Assembly: GCA_031259965.1 (NCBI GenBank) | Contig: JAIRKT010000022.1 | Coordinates: forward strand, 17,997 to 81,996 | Reading direction: 5' to 3' | Source of the DNA: Christensenellaceae bacterium | GTDB lineage: Bacteria; Bacillota; Clostridia; Christensenellales; DTU072 | DNA: 64,000 nt | Shown here: in pieces, positions 1-9,040 of the stretch | Numbering within the stretch: position 1 is the first letter of the stretch | Layout of the letters: each line of letters begins with the position of its first letter | Notes under the pieces: generated by a model | Told to the model about the DNA's origin: nothing | Seen by the model: only the letters and a program-made list of their open reading frames with translations | The model's database searches: none | Position numbers and translations under genes: made by a program

Positions 1-1
1 T

Positions 2-2776
2 GCAGCAGAAGAATTAGCAAAAAATTGTGAAGTGCCAGAAGACAATGAGGGTGCTGAAGAATATTCAAAGGCTCTTGAGAGATCACATGGATTAAAAGAT
101 CTTGAGGCGGAGTTAGAAAAAGACGCCGAGGCTTTAAAAGAATATGAATCCGTCGTTGTAATATCAGAGAAATATTTAGAGTTTAGTAAAGTTAGTAATG
201 AATTAAAAGAACGCAGTGAAGAAATTGAGCTAATTAAAAAAGCCCGAGATGAGGCAAAGACTAATTCTGAGAATGTAAAACAAGAAGCGGAGGATTTTGC
301 ACAATCGATTGCAAAGCAAGAAGCTCTAATTAAAGAAACTGGGAGTCGTTTTCAAAGCTCATTATTGCTTTATTCACAAGATCCTAAATCATCCAATGCG
401 CCAGACGTCGTTAATGAGTATTTTGCACAGACAATAACTCAGAAAAATAAATTATTAGATGAACGCAAAATTGCGGAAGAAGAAAAAAGTGAGTTAACGA
501 ATTCCATAAAAGCACTCATCCTTAAGAAAAATGAAATCAACTGTACAGCAGATTATAGAAAATCTGTTACAGAGTGTGCGATACTAGAAAATTCCGCAAA
601 GATTTTAGAGGATGAGTTAATTTCCGTAAATAGCAATTTAGAGACACTCAAGAAAGAAAAATCTGATTTAGAAACATCGATACAAGCATATGAAGAAAAA
701 ATAAATGAAATTTCTTATTTGAATGACGAGCTACTAGATGATGCTGGCGTCAGCGAAAACTTTACCTCAATTTTCAATGTGTATACAGAAGAGTTTAGAA
801 AAGTTAATACCTTAACTGCAAAATATTTTGAAGTTAAAACTCTAGATGATGAGCGCAAAAATGTTAATGAAAAAATAGTTAGCGCTCTAGCTTCTGTTGA
901 AAAATATAAAGAGAAATTGAAACTCGCAATTGATAACAAAGAAAAACTTTTGTTAGCTGGTGAAAAAACCGAAATAAGGTTAAAATTGTTACAGGCAAAA
1001 CGTGCTGAGTACGAAGGCTATAATATGATGCGTTCAATCTCAGATACTCTTCTGTATGGAAGTCATTGCCCTGTTTGCGATGGTTATATAACATACAAGC
1101 AAGAATTGTCATTAAAAGATACGCGAGCGTTGGATGCCCAAATTGAGACTCAAAAGGCTGAGGACGAAAAGAACAAAGCAACAATTTTGGAATTAACCGC
1201 TGTGATAGGACAAAGAGAAGTTGCAGTTCGAGTTGGCAATCAATATGTTGATTCATTAAATGCTTCACTCAAAGAGATTACTGCTAAGATAGATAAAATA
1301 TTATCTGAATATCCAGAGATTACAACCGTTGAAAGTCTAAAAGCATACTTTGTAGATAAGTTGTCTAAATTAGATGATCTTGCGCGGATTACAAACGAAT
1401 ATTCAATCAATGAAATTGAACTTAAGAGTGCTAAGGATATTTATTCTGAAGAGGTTAGTAGATTAAATCTTTTAGATGAAGAGATAATACCAAAGGTTAG
1501 AGAGCGAATTGAAAAAATTATAAGCAGTCAAGACCAAATTAAAGCCGATTATAATAATCTAAAATCAATTTTAAATGGCGAAGATGGATCAGAAGTACTG
1601 AAAAAGATCCTGCTTAGTGCTCGCGAGGTGGAAACTATTGATGAAGAATTAGAATTACAACGTGAAAAACTAATTAAGATTAATGAAAAAATTGAAGAGT
1701 TAAATGAATTGATATCCGCGCTTGATTCGATAAATACGAGCGCTGAAATTGATGGTCAGTCATTAACTTATACACAAGCTGTTATCAAAGCGCTAGCTGA
1801 TGAGCTTTTATACATCCAAGGTGATGAGCGTGATAATCCATTCGATTATGATGCTTTAGTCAGTGATTTAAAAGTATTATTAGAAAAAGCATCTGAAGCT
1901 GATAATAAATATAAGGAAATTGAAAAAGCCTTAGAGGAGGCAGAAAAAGAGTTAAATACAATTGCATCACAAAATGAAGAGTTGTTTACCTCATGTATGG
2001 AAAGTTTTTCTAAATATTCTATTGAAAACGAGGATGACGCGCTACGTTTGATTAAAGAAACACCAAATGTTGCCGCATATCGAGACAAGAAAGATAAATA
2101 CGAAGTTGAAGCTGCTGAGATTGAAAAGGCCATCGAAGAGGGCGAAAAAAAGATGCTCGCTCGCGCTGATTTAGAAGCTGCAGCCAGTGAGGCACTTGCT
2201 AATTTAAAGGAAGTTAATGAAAAGATCGAGGAATATGAAGAAGCGCTTAACAATACCAAGTTAGAGCTTGAGGCGCGGCGTGATAGAATTCAAAAACTAG
2301 AACCGTTAACTGTTAAAATTGCTAAAGTAAACAAGTTAATTAGTAATTTAGAGAAAGTTTCAAAGTCAGCCACCGCTAATGAAGTAACGGCATCCGATTT
2401 TGCGGACACAATATTTAATTTTGCAGACGCTAATGCTGCATCATGGTCAACCGATAGATATGCGCTTAAATCCACAGATACTGGCATTGATCTTATAAAT
2501 GTCGAGAAAAATGATATTGTTGATCCTATTAAATATACTGATGAGGAAAAATCTATTTTAGAGTTAAGTGTTACGATTGCATATGGTGACGCTATGGAAG
2601 CATTACTTGGTATCAAGGTTCAACGCGCATTGGTTTTATATGATTCTGAAATTCAAAATGAATCAGTAAAAGTTTTAATGAAGGCATTAGATGGTAAAGA
2701 TGTATTAGTGGTAGTAGAAGATCTTGATTCAGCGCACATGCTCAGAAACGTTTTATACGATGTGACAAATAATTAA
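2..2776 (+). CDS. SbcC/Rad50-family-like coiled-coil protein, 5' end outside the window
   Basis: The frame is open from base 2, with no stop before the GTG at 32, to TAA at 2774-2776. About 750 aa of E/K/L-rich coiled coil is interrupted by a CPVC zinc-hook-like motif (nt 1067-1078). A globular ~150-aa C-terminus sits where SbcC has its signature/Walker-B lobe. Confidence 0.6.
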   Translation, partial: AAEELAKNCEVPEDNEGAEEYSKALERSHGLKDLEAELEKDAEALKEYESVVVISEKYLEFSKVSNELKERSEEIELIKKARDEAKTNSENVKQEAEDFAQSIAKQEALIKETGSRFQSSLLLYSQDPKSSNAPDVVNEYFAQTITQKNKLLDERKIAEEEKSELTNSIKALILKKNEINCTADYRKSVTECAILENSAKILEDELISVNSNLETLKKEKSDLETSIQAYEEKINEISYLNDELLDDAGVSENFTSIFNVYTEEFRKVNTLTAKYFEVKTLDDERKNVNEKIVSALASVEKYKEKLKLAIDNKEKLLLAGEKTEIRLKLLQAKRAEYEGYNMMRSISDTLLYGSHCPVCDGYITYKQELSLKDTRALDAQIETQKAEDEKNKATILELTAVIGQREVAVRVGNQYVDSLNASLKEITAKIDKILSEYPEITTVESLKAYFVDKLSKLDDLARITNEYSINEIELKSAKDIYSEEVSRLNLLDEEIIPKVRERIEKIISSQDQIKADYNNLKSILNGEDGSEVLKKILLSAREVETIDEELELQREKLIKINEKIEELNELISALDSINTSAEIDGQSLTYTQAVIKALADELLYIQGDERDNPFDYDALVSDLKVLLEKASEADNKYKEIEKALEEAEKELNTIASQNEELFTSCMESFSKYSIENEDDALRLIKETPNVAAYRDKKDKYEVEAAEIEKAIEEGEKKMLARADLEAAASEALANLKEVNEKIEEYEEALNNTKLELEARRDRIQKLEPLTVKIAKVNKLISNLEKVSKSATANEVTASDFADTIFNFADANAASWSTDRYALKSTDTGIDLINVEKNDIVDPIKYTDEEKSILELSVTIAYGDAMEALLGIKVQRALVLYDSEIQNESVKVLMKALDGKDVLVVVEDLDSAHMLRNVLYDVTNN

Positions 2777-3104
2777 AATTTGGAGTGAGTTTAAAAAGAT
2801 ACCGCTGTTTTGAGTAGTGCTTTTTATTTCGTCATTATATTATTAGGATGTGACATCTAACTATCTAAATTATCAAGATTAGAATAGGTTGTAAGTTTGC
2901 TGCAAACGCAACATACTTAACATTATGCCCAATATTTTTGTAAGCAACTAAAATCTCTATAAAGGGCATCATTTTATTTGTATGGTTTAGCGTCGCATCA
3001 ATATATGTAATTAAAAAGTTGGATTTTATAAAACAGCCTCGCCCGAATTGAAAATGAGAGACAAGCTTATTTAGAGGACAACCAGAAGCCTAAATTTACA
3101 TCCC

Positions 3105-3138
3105 AAAAAAAATTAATCAACAGAGATTAATTTTTTTT
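3105..3138. terminator. AT-only hairpin, possible bidirectional terminator
   Basis: AAAAAAAATTAATC, a 6-nt loop, then GATTAATTTTTTTT. A-run and T-run flanks make it symmetric. The stem has almost no G/C, so it is weak. Confidence 0.25.
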
Positions 3139-3442
3139 TAGTATTTTGAATCTAAAACCATTATTATGTTTGAATTTAATTAAACATTAAAAAAAATGGA
3201 TACCTTTGTAAGTGTAGGACTCTTAATATGTTTAGAGCTAATTTTAATAGCAATATCTCGGTTTTTCAATTCTAAAAAAATTCTATACAAAAAGGAAAAT
3301 ACTTATCGCGGCATAGGCATCTAAAATTATCATGGTTTTTCAAAAGTTGAAAGATTGTAAAATCAAAAAGACTTCAAGTTTTAGAAAAAAGTGGTTACTC
3401 TTTAAATTTTGGTTAAACCATCGAATATAAATTATAGAAATA

Positions 3443-3471
3443 TTGACAAAATTTGATTGTCTTAGTATAAT
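3443..3471 (+). promoter_or_regulatory. Consensus sigma-A-type promoter
   Basis: TTGACA (3443-3448), exact 17-nt spacer, TATAAT (3466-3471). It implies a ~170-nt leader before the ATG at 3649. Confidence 0.6.
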
Positions 3472-3648
3472 ATTAGAGTCATTAAAACATTTGTTAATAT
3501 AGTTTTATGATAGTAAGAGAATATTCAAATCAACTAGAAGTCAACAGTGACGCCATATATTTATTAGTTACGCAGAGGATTTTTTATGCATAGTTTCTTT
3601 TTAGTTTTGGTTATCTGAATGATTATAGGTTTAGGGAGGTTAAAAATT

Positions 3649-4815
3649 ATGTTTGGAAAATTATATTTTCAGGAATTGAAAAAGGCATTAAAACTCAAAC
3701 ATTTATTTGTGCTCCTTCTTTTTCTAATCGCAGCCCTGTCTGTTTTTAATTTGTGGATTGCCCCAAAGGTAGAGACCTATTATTTTGACGAATTGTCAAG
3801 TGCTCAATATATAGCAGATGATCCAGATTATAAGGAGTTGACTTACTATTTGCTCGCAAACTACAATTATGTAGTTGTTAAAGAGTCACAAATTGATACT
3901 CTTTTAGAGAATGCGAGAATTGAATATGAAAATGCAAGGCTTGGAAGTGACAACTTTATAAAAGACGTTTTTGAAAAAAAGTATGGATTAAAATATTCGA
4001 CTAAATCCTTAGTAGTGATGTTTGAATACATAAAAGAAAACAAATTGTACGATCAACCTATCATAGTATATGGTGGTACATATAGTAACGTTTTGAATTT
4101 TGATGTTTTATCAAAGCAAGGTTTAGCATGGATTGGAAATACAATTGCTATCATTATTTGCATGATTTATGTTACGATCATAGCAAGCAGGATCTATCAA
4201 AAAGATCTTGAAAAAGGCGATATAGACTTAATGCAGAGACTTAAAAAATATGGTAGAAATAAATTTACAATAGCAAAGTTGTTTGTTACACTCACAATAA
4301 CCTTTATAACATTTTTACTATCATTCATTATTAGTTGGTTTTTTGCGACACAATTTGCCTCAGATGGCAACTATTCCTTTGAAACATTGATAGTTTTTAA
4401 CGCTTCAGAAGCATTTATGGTTAATAATGAAGCGGCAGTTTTAGGTCTTAACTTTTTAACATCTTTTATGCTGCTTACAATGTGTGCTGTATCCGTTTTT
4501 GCCTTTGCTATCATCCTAAGAAATAGTCTGGCTGCTTCAGCTTTATGGATTCTATCCATAACCACTATACCTTTCTTTCTAAGCAATATAGGCATGAGCA
4601 ATTTATGGATTTCAAATAGTGCTCTTGTAAACCAATATTTTGGCATAAATGGCCCTTATGGGTTTGCTTCTAATATTTTCATATCTATTATCATGTATAT
4701 CTTTTTCATAGCCCTATTCATAGTAGCAAGCGTTGTTATTATGAGGCGGAGGGTTATAGATATTACAATCAAGCGCCCTCCCAGACGATATGAAGATAAT
4801 AGATATAATCACTAA
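3649..4815 (+). CDS. Polytopic membrane protein, ABC-2-type permease-like (388 aa)
   Basis: The tracked ORF is 3619-4815. The ATG at 3649 has an AGGGAGG RBS 8-9 nt upstream, so it is the preferred start. One N-terminal TM, a ~130-aa extracytoplasmic loop and about 5 more TM helices. No partner ATPase gene is adjacent. Confidence 0.7.
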   Translation: MFGKLYFQELKKALKLKHLFVLLLFLIAALSVFNLWIAPKVETYYFDELSSAQYIADDPDYKELTYYLLANYNYVVVKESQIDTLLENARIEYENARLGSDNFIKDVFEKKYGLKYSTKSLVVMFEYIKENKLYDQPIIVYGGTYSNVLNFDVLSKQGLAWIGNTIAIIICMIYVTIIASRIYQKDLEKGDIDLMQRLKKYGRNKFTIAKLFVTLTITFITFLLSFIISWFFATQFASDGNYSFETLIVFNASEAFMVNNEAAVLGLNFLTSFMLLTMCAVSVFAFAIILRNSLAASALWILSITTIPFFLSNIGMSNLWISNSALVNQYFGINGPYGFASNIFISIIMYIFFIALFIVASVVIMRRRVIDITIKRPPRRYEDNRYNH

Positions 4816-4957
4816 ATCGCAAAATGCTAGTTAGTATACGCTAGAGATGTTTTAATATTACAGTGCAAGCAAGATAGATTTGCATTTCAAATCATGGTAT
4901 CATTCAAGCACTAAATTTTAAGTGATAATGTTATCATACAAAAAGGAGTATTAAGTT

Positions 4958-5494
4958 TTGAACATCAGAAAAGGAAAATTAATTATTTTAGCGCGAAGCG
5001 CAATTGTAGCTGCGCTTTATTTTACTCTAACTTATGCAGTTAACCCAATTGCATTTGGTCCAATACAATTTAGACCTGGTGAGGCCTTGACATTGCTTCC
5101 GATAATTTTCCCAGAATCAATAGTTGGTGTTACTCTGGGTTGTTTGCTAGCAAACGTCTTGTCACCATATGGATGGTATGATATGTTGTTTGGCACGATG
5201 GCTACATTGATTGCATCTCTTATGACATATGTGATAGGAATTAATTTGCGTATGGTAAAAATTTCTGTTAGAGCTTTTTTTGGAGCGATTCCTCCCATAG
5301 TAGTTAACGCCTTAATTTTACCTCTTATATGGTTATTTTTCTCTGGTGATAAACTATACGTCTTAAATTTTGTTACAATTTTGGGTACGCAGGCAGCGGT
5401 CATATATCTACTAGGCATGCCTTTAGTAATAACTCTTAGTAAAATAAAAATCCTACAATTGGATAATGTAAAACGTTTAAACACAAGAGTTTAA
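4958..5494 (+). CDS. queT: QueT-family queuosine-precursor transporter (ECF S-component-like)
   Basis: 178-aa hydrophobic protein whose N-terminus (LARSAIVAALYFTLTY...PIQFRPGEALTLLP) matches my recollection of QueT-family proteins. TTG start with an AAAGGAG RBS 8 nt upstream. Possible extended -10 TGGTATCAT at 4895-4903. Confidence 0.75.
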   Translation: MNIRKGKLIILARSAIVAALYFTLTYAVNPIAFGPIQFRPGEALTLLPIIFPESIVGVTLGCLLANVLSPYGWYDMLFGTMATLIASLMTYVIGINLRMVKISVRAFFGAIPPIVVNALILPLIWLFFSGDKLYVLNFVTILGTQAAVIYLLGMPLVITLSKIKILQLDNVKRLNTRV

Positions 5495-5545
5495 ATTAAA
5501 ATTTTATCAAATTTAGATTTAGAGTAAATATTTAAGAAAATTTAA

Positions 5546-5574
5546 TTTATATAAATAGATTTATTTGATATAAT
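5546..5574 (+). promoter_or_regulatory. Extended -10 promoter for the alpha-glucosidase gene
   Basis: TGATATAAT (5566-5574, TGnTATAAT type) with a weak -35 TTTATA 17 nt upstream. Confidence 0.4.
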
Positions 5575-5631
5575 ATACATAATAACATTTAAGGCAATTG
5601 AATAATTGTTCTAGATGAGGAGTACTATTTA

Positions 5632-7302
5632 ATGAAGTCAAGATGGTATAAAGATGCGGTTTTTTACCAAATATATCCACGCAGTTTTAAAGATTCAAAT
5701 GGTGATGGAATTGGTGATATTCGCGGTATAATCGAAAAAATCGATTATCTAAAAGGTTTAGGAATAAACGCTGTTTGGTTATCACCAGTGTATATGTCAC
5801 CAAATGATGATAATGGTTATGATATTAGTAATTACAGAGATATTAATCCTGAATTCGGAACTTTGGAAGATTGGAAAGAAATGATTGATAAGATGCATCA
5901 AAATGGAATACGTCTTGTTATGGATCTTGTGGTTAATCATTCCTCAGACGAACATCAATGGTTTTTGGAAAGCAAAAAAAGCAAGGACAATCCATATCGT
6001 AATTATTATATCTGGAGACCAGGTAAAAACAATGATGGAAAAAAGCCTCCAAATAATTGGACATCTAGATTTGGTGGATCGGCTTGGAAATACGATCAAA
6101 ACACAAACGAATGGTATTTACATTTGTTTAGTGAAAAACAACCAGATTTGAATTGGGAAAATCCAGCTGTCAGGCAAGAAGTTGTTGACATATGTAATTA
6201 TTGGCTTGATTTGGGTGTAGACGGATTTAGGTGTGATGTAATCACATATATTAGCAAAGCAAACGGACTCCCAGATGGAAAATACAATCCAATTTTAAGA
6301 GGTGATGAACATTTTGTAGCAAAACCTAAAATACATGAGTATTTAAATCAATTAAACAGAGAGTCCTGGAGTAAATATGATACCATGATAGTAGGGGAGG
6401 CTGCCGGATTAACACGAAAGGATGCTGAATTATTAGTAAGCGAATCTCGTAATGAAATGGATTCAGTTATTGAATTTGAATTATCTTTAGTTGATATGAA
6501 ATTCAACGCAATACCAGTAAAACTGAATCTTAAAAAGTTTAAAAAAATTCAAAGTGCATGGCAAAATATCCCAGATGATTGTTGGAATACTTTGTTTTAT
6601 GAAAATCATGATCAACCCAGATCTATATCAAGATATGGTAATGAATTTGGCCCATTTAGAAAGGAATTAGCTAAAATGCTCGCCATTTCATACATTACAC
6701 TCAAAGGTACTCCCTATATATATCAAGGTCAGGAGATCGGCATGTCAAATATATCATTGAATCCAGATGAGTATGCTGACATAATGACTAAAAGAATATT
6801 CCAAATAACAAAGAAATTCCCACCTCTTTACTGGCTTGCAAAAAAAGTAATGAAAAAAGTAGCACGTGATAACGCGAGAACTCCGATGCAATGGAGTGAT
6901 GGCGCAAACGCAGATTTTTCTACCTCAACACCATGGTTTAAACTAAACCCAAATTATGGTGATATAAACGTTCAAGCTCAATTAAACAATCCCAACTCCA
7001 TTCTTAATTTCTACAAAAAAATCATTGATTTTAGAATAAATAATGAGATTTTAATTAAGGGTTCATACAAAGAATATTTTCCAAATCATAAGCGTGTTTA
7101 TGCGTTTGAAAGAGCGTATGAAGGCAAAAGATTCATAATAATTTGTAATTTTAAGTCCGATGTTGTTAATCTTAATTGTATAGACATGAACGCAATGGGT
7201 GCTAAACTTGTATTAAGTAATTATGCTAATACGGCGGAAACTTTTAAAAATGGCATGACACTGCGAGCGTATGAAGCTTTCATTTATTATATAGAAAGCT
7301 AA
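5632..7302 (+). CDS. GH13 alpha-glucosidase, oligo-1,6-glucosidase-like (556 aa)
   Basis: Classic GH13 subfamily-31-type motifs: WYKDAVFYQIYPRSF, DLVVNHSSDEHQWF, GVDGFRCDVI (nucleophile Asp), VGEA (acid/base Glu), YENHDQPR. GAGGAG RBS 9 nt upstream. Substrate specificity cannot be told from the sequence. Confidence 0.9.
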   Translation: MKSRWYKDAVFYQIYPRSFKDSNGDGIGDIRGIIEKIDYLKGLGINAVWLSPVYMSPNDDNGYDISNYRDINPEFGTLEDWKEMIDKMHQNGIRLVMDLVVNHSSDEHQWFLESKKSKDNPYRNYYIWRPGKNNDGKKPPNNWTSRFGGSAWKYDQNTNEWYLHLFSEKQPDLNWENPAVRQEVVDICNYWLDLGVDGFRCDVITYISKANGLPDGKYNPILRGDEHFVAKPKIHEYLNQLNRESWSKYDTMIVGEAAGLTRKDAELLVSESRNEMDSVIEFELSLVDMKFNAIPVKLNLKKFKKIQSAWQNIPDDCWNTLFYENHDQPRSISRYGNEFGPFRKELAKMLAISYITLKGTPYIYQGQEIGMSNISLNPDEYADIMTKRIFQITKKFPPLYWLAKKVMKKVARDNARTPMQWSDGANADFSTSTPWFKLNPNYGDINVQAQLNNPNSILNFYKKIIDFRINNEILIKGSYKEYFPNHKRVYAFERAYEGKRFIIICNFKSDVVNLNCIDMNAMGAKLVLSNYANTAETFKNGMTLRAYEAFIYYIES

Positions 7303-7317
7303 ATTTTTATTAAAACA

Positions 7318-7356
7318 CACCCCCTTGTCAACAACAAAGGGGGTAGTGATTTTTAC
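7318..7356 (+). terminator. Rho-independent terminator after the glucosidase gene
   Basis: CCCCCTT (7320-7326) pairs with AAGGGGG (7337-7343) around a 10-nt loop. A T-rich tract (GATTTTTA) follows shortly after. Confidence 0.75.
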
Positions 7357-7701
7357 CTAGCGCACAACACTTGTGCCGATTATAAAAACATGACAAAGAG
7401 CAGTCTGTTTTTAAAAATAAAGAGAATAAAAATTTAAAAGAGAGGATGCAGAATTTCTTTATTTGATGAAGACCAGCGTTTTTACTCTTTAATTAAATAC
7501 TAAGATTTCACTTCTAAAACATTTTTTGTATAATATAAGGAGTTGAAATTTGTTTAGCTTAAAAAATTAAACTAACAATTAGTATAATGCTCGCCCAATT
7601 AATTTTGAATATCTACAAAAATAGTGTGATGTTTTAAACACAAACTATTAAAATAGTTGATAAATAGTTTTAATTTCAGTATTCATTGCATATAATTAAT
7701 T

Positions 7702-8646
7702 GTGGACTATTCTGCGTACAAATTAAAAAATTTTCGTCAAAAACAGTTTAAAAATAATTATGAGAATGATGATATTAAAAATATGCGGGCACATCTACCT
7801 TGTATAAACTCAAATGCAGAAAGTTGTGAAATTGTTGACATGCAATATTCTATCAACAATAGTTTAGAAGATTATCCTGAAATTAAAACTTTTTTTAGAG
7901 GGGTTAGAGTAAAAGATAAGAAAAAAAAATTTAGGTTATATAATTTTGTAATAATCTTGATTTTAATAATGACTTCCTTAATTAGTTTAGACATGATAAT
8001 GGGTTTTAATTTTTTGGCTGATTTAGTTGACTCTATGAATGGCGGCAGTACACTCAATTACTATTTTGTTATTGGTGGCAAATTTAACGATAAACTCCGC
8101 GCGCAGGAATATTCACAAGTTGTTTATTCAAAAGGTGGTGCGGGTGTTGTAAAATCTATTGAAAACAAATATGCGGTGATAGTTGCTTCATACTTTAATA
8201 TAGATTCAGCCGCCTCTGTGATGCAAAAGAATTATTTACCATTCATGATATCTGTAAAATTAAATCAAAATAAAATAAATTTGGATAAAAAAAGCTACAA
8301 AAAGCTAGTGGTAGATCAAATTAATTTTATATTCGACAAATTAAAGAGTGTAGACGATTTATTGTATTTAACTCAAAACGGGAAAGTAGATAATAAGACA
8401 TTTACAGAAATCCTATTAAACTTAAAAGATGAAATAAACGCCTCCGCAAGGATTACAAACTCTAAATACAATTCTCGTGATTTAGATAAACTCCTCTTAA
8501 CTATCTACTCATTGCAAGATGACTTAGAATCCCTAATTTTGACTAATGAAAAAAAATGGCCAGAGTCAATAAGAAGAATGATAACCAAAACATTAGTAGA
8601 TATAACTGAGATCTTTCCCGAATCAATTCTAATCAAAATTGGATAA
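7702..8646 (+). CDS. Single-pass membrane protein with SPOR-like domain (314 aa as tracked)
   Basis: One TM (FVIILILIMTSLISLDMIMGF) is followed by YYFVIGGKFNDKLRAQEYSQVVYSKGGAGVVKSIENKYAVIVASYFNIDSAASVMQKN, which fits the SPOR (PF05036) beta-alpha-beta-beta pattern. The start is uncertain: GTG at 7702 has no RBS and sits 6 nt after a TATAAT (7691-7696), so the mRNA may be leaderless or the start may be internal. Confidence 0.55.
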   Translation: MDYSAYKLKNFRQKQFKNNYENDDIKNMRAHLPCINSNAESCEIVDMQYSINNSLEDYPEIKTFFRGVRVKDKKKKFRLYNFVIILILIMTSLISLDMIMGFNFLADLVDSMNGGSTLNYYFVIGGKFNDKLRAQEYSQVVYSKGGAGVVKSIENKYAVIVASYFNIDSAASVMQKNYLPFMISVKLNQNKINLDKKSYKKLVVDQINFIFDKLKSVDDLLYLTQNGKVDNKTFTEILLNLKDEINASARITNSKYNSRDLDKLLLTIYSLQDDLESLILTNEKKWPESIRRMITKTLVDITEIFPESILIKIG

Positions 8647-8827
8647 GTACAGTCAAAATTGATTATGAGTATTAGTTAATCAAACAATATTACAATTTCT
8701 GCTGACAGAAGATGATTTGGTTATATATCAAGAATGGATATAAAAAAGTAACAGCTTAAAAGGAGTACAAAAACAAAGAAAAAACAAATACTTTAAAATA
8801 ATAATTAAGTAAACACGCCTCTTAATC

Positions 8828-8856
8828 TTGACTAAACACGCCAAATATTGTATTAT
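8828..8856 (+). promoter_or_regulatory. Promoter of the 3,538-aa surface-protein operon
   Basis: TTGACT (8828-8833), 17-nt spacer, TATTAT (8851-8856). Confidence 0.55.
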
Positions 8857-8930
8857 ATATAGTGATATTTTATTGTGTGTTGTCACGCGCGCGCACGCGC
8901 GTATATTAGAGTAATAAAATATTATATATA
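8853..8930 (+). promoter_or_regulatory. Nested inverted repeat with GC-only core hairpin (5'-UTR structure or cruciform)
   Basis: The inner hairpin is ACGCGCG (8885-8891), loop CGCA, CGCGCGT (8896-8902). The outer AT arms are TATATATAgtgATATTTTATT and AATAAAATATTATATATA (18 bp with a 3-nt bulge). Positions 8884-8906 form an unbroken purine/pyrimidine alternation. Confidence 0.5.
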
Positions 8931-8947
8931 GATCTGGGTTATAAGTG

Positions 8948-8961
8948 TAGATAATTATCTA
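8948..8961. promoter_or_regulatory. Perfect 14-bp palindrome TAGATAATTATCTA between promoter and start codon
   Basis: Read directly from the sequence. It is followed by the palindrome CATGCATG (8963-8970). Possible dimeric-regulator operator. Confidence 0.3.
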
Positions 8962-9040
8962 ACATGCATGTTTGGTATAAGCTCTATACATGATTCTATT
9001 TAGTATTTTTAACCAATCGCGGCGGAGGTATTCTCCTAGG

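Noticed and set aside
4816-4957. preQ1 riboswitch expected upstream of queT
   Set aside because: I found only short hairpins (TGATA-ATGT-TATCA and CACT...AGTG) before ACAAAAAGGAG. The loops are too small for the preQ1-I pseudoknot, the conserved A-rich ...ACUA tail is absent, and there is no resemblance to what I recall of preQ1-II. An Rfam scan should still be run.
5032-6151. ORFs 5032-5484 (-) and 5885-6151 (+) inside queT and the glucosidase gene
   Set aside because: They are alternate-frame or antisense shadows of genes with strong family motifs.
8990-9040. ATG at 8990 as the start of the 3,555-aa ORF
   Set aside because: It has no RBS. The downstream ATG at 9041 has GGAGG upstream and yields a textbook n-h-c signal peptide, whereas the longer form would bury it behind 17 extra residues.
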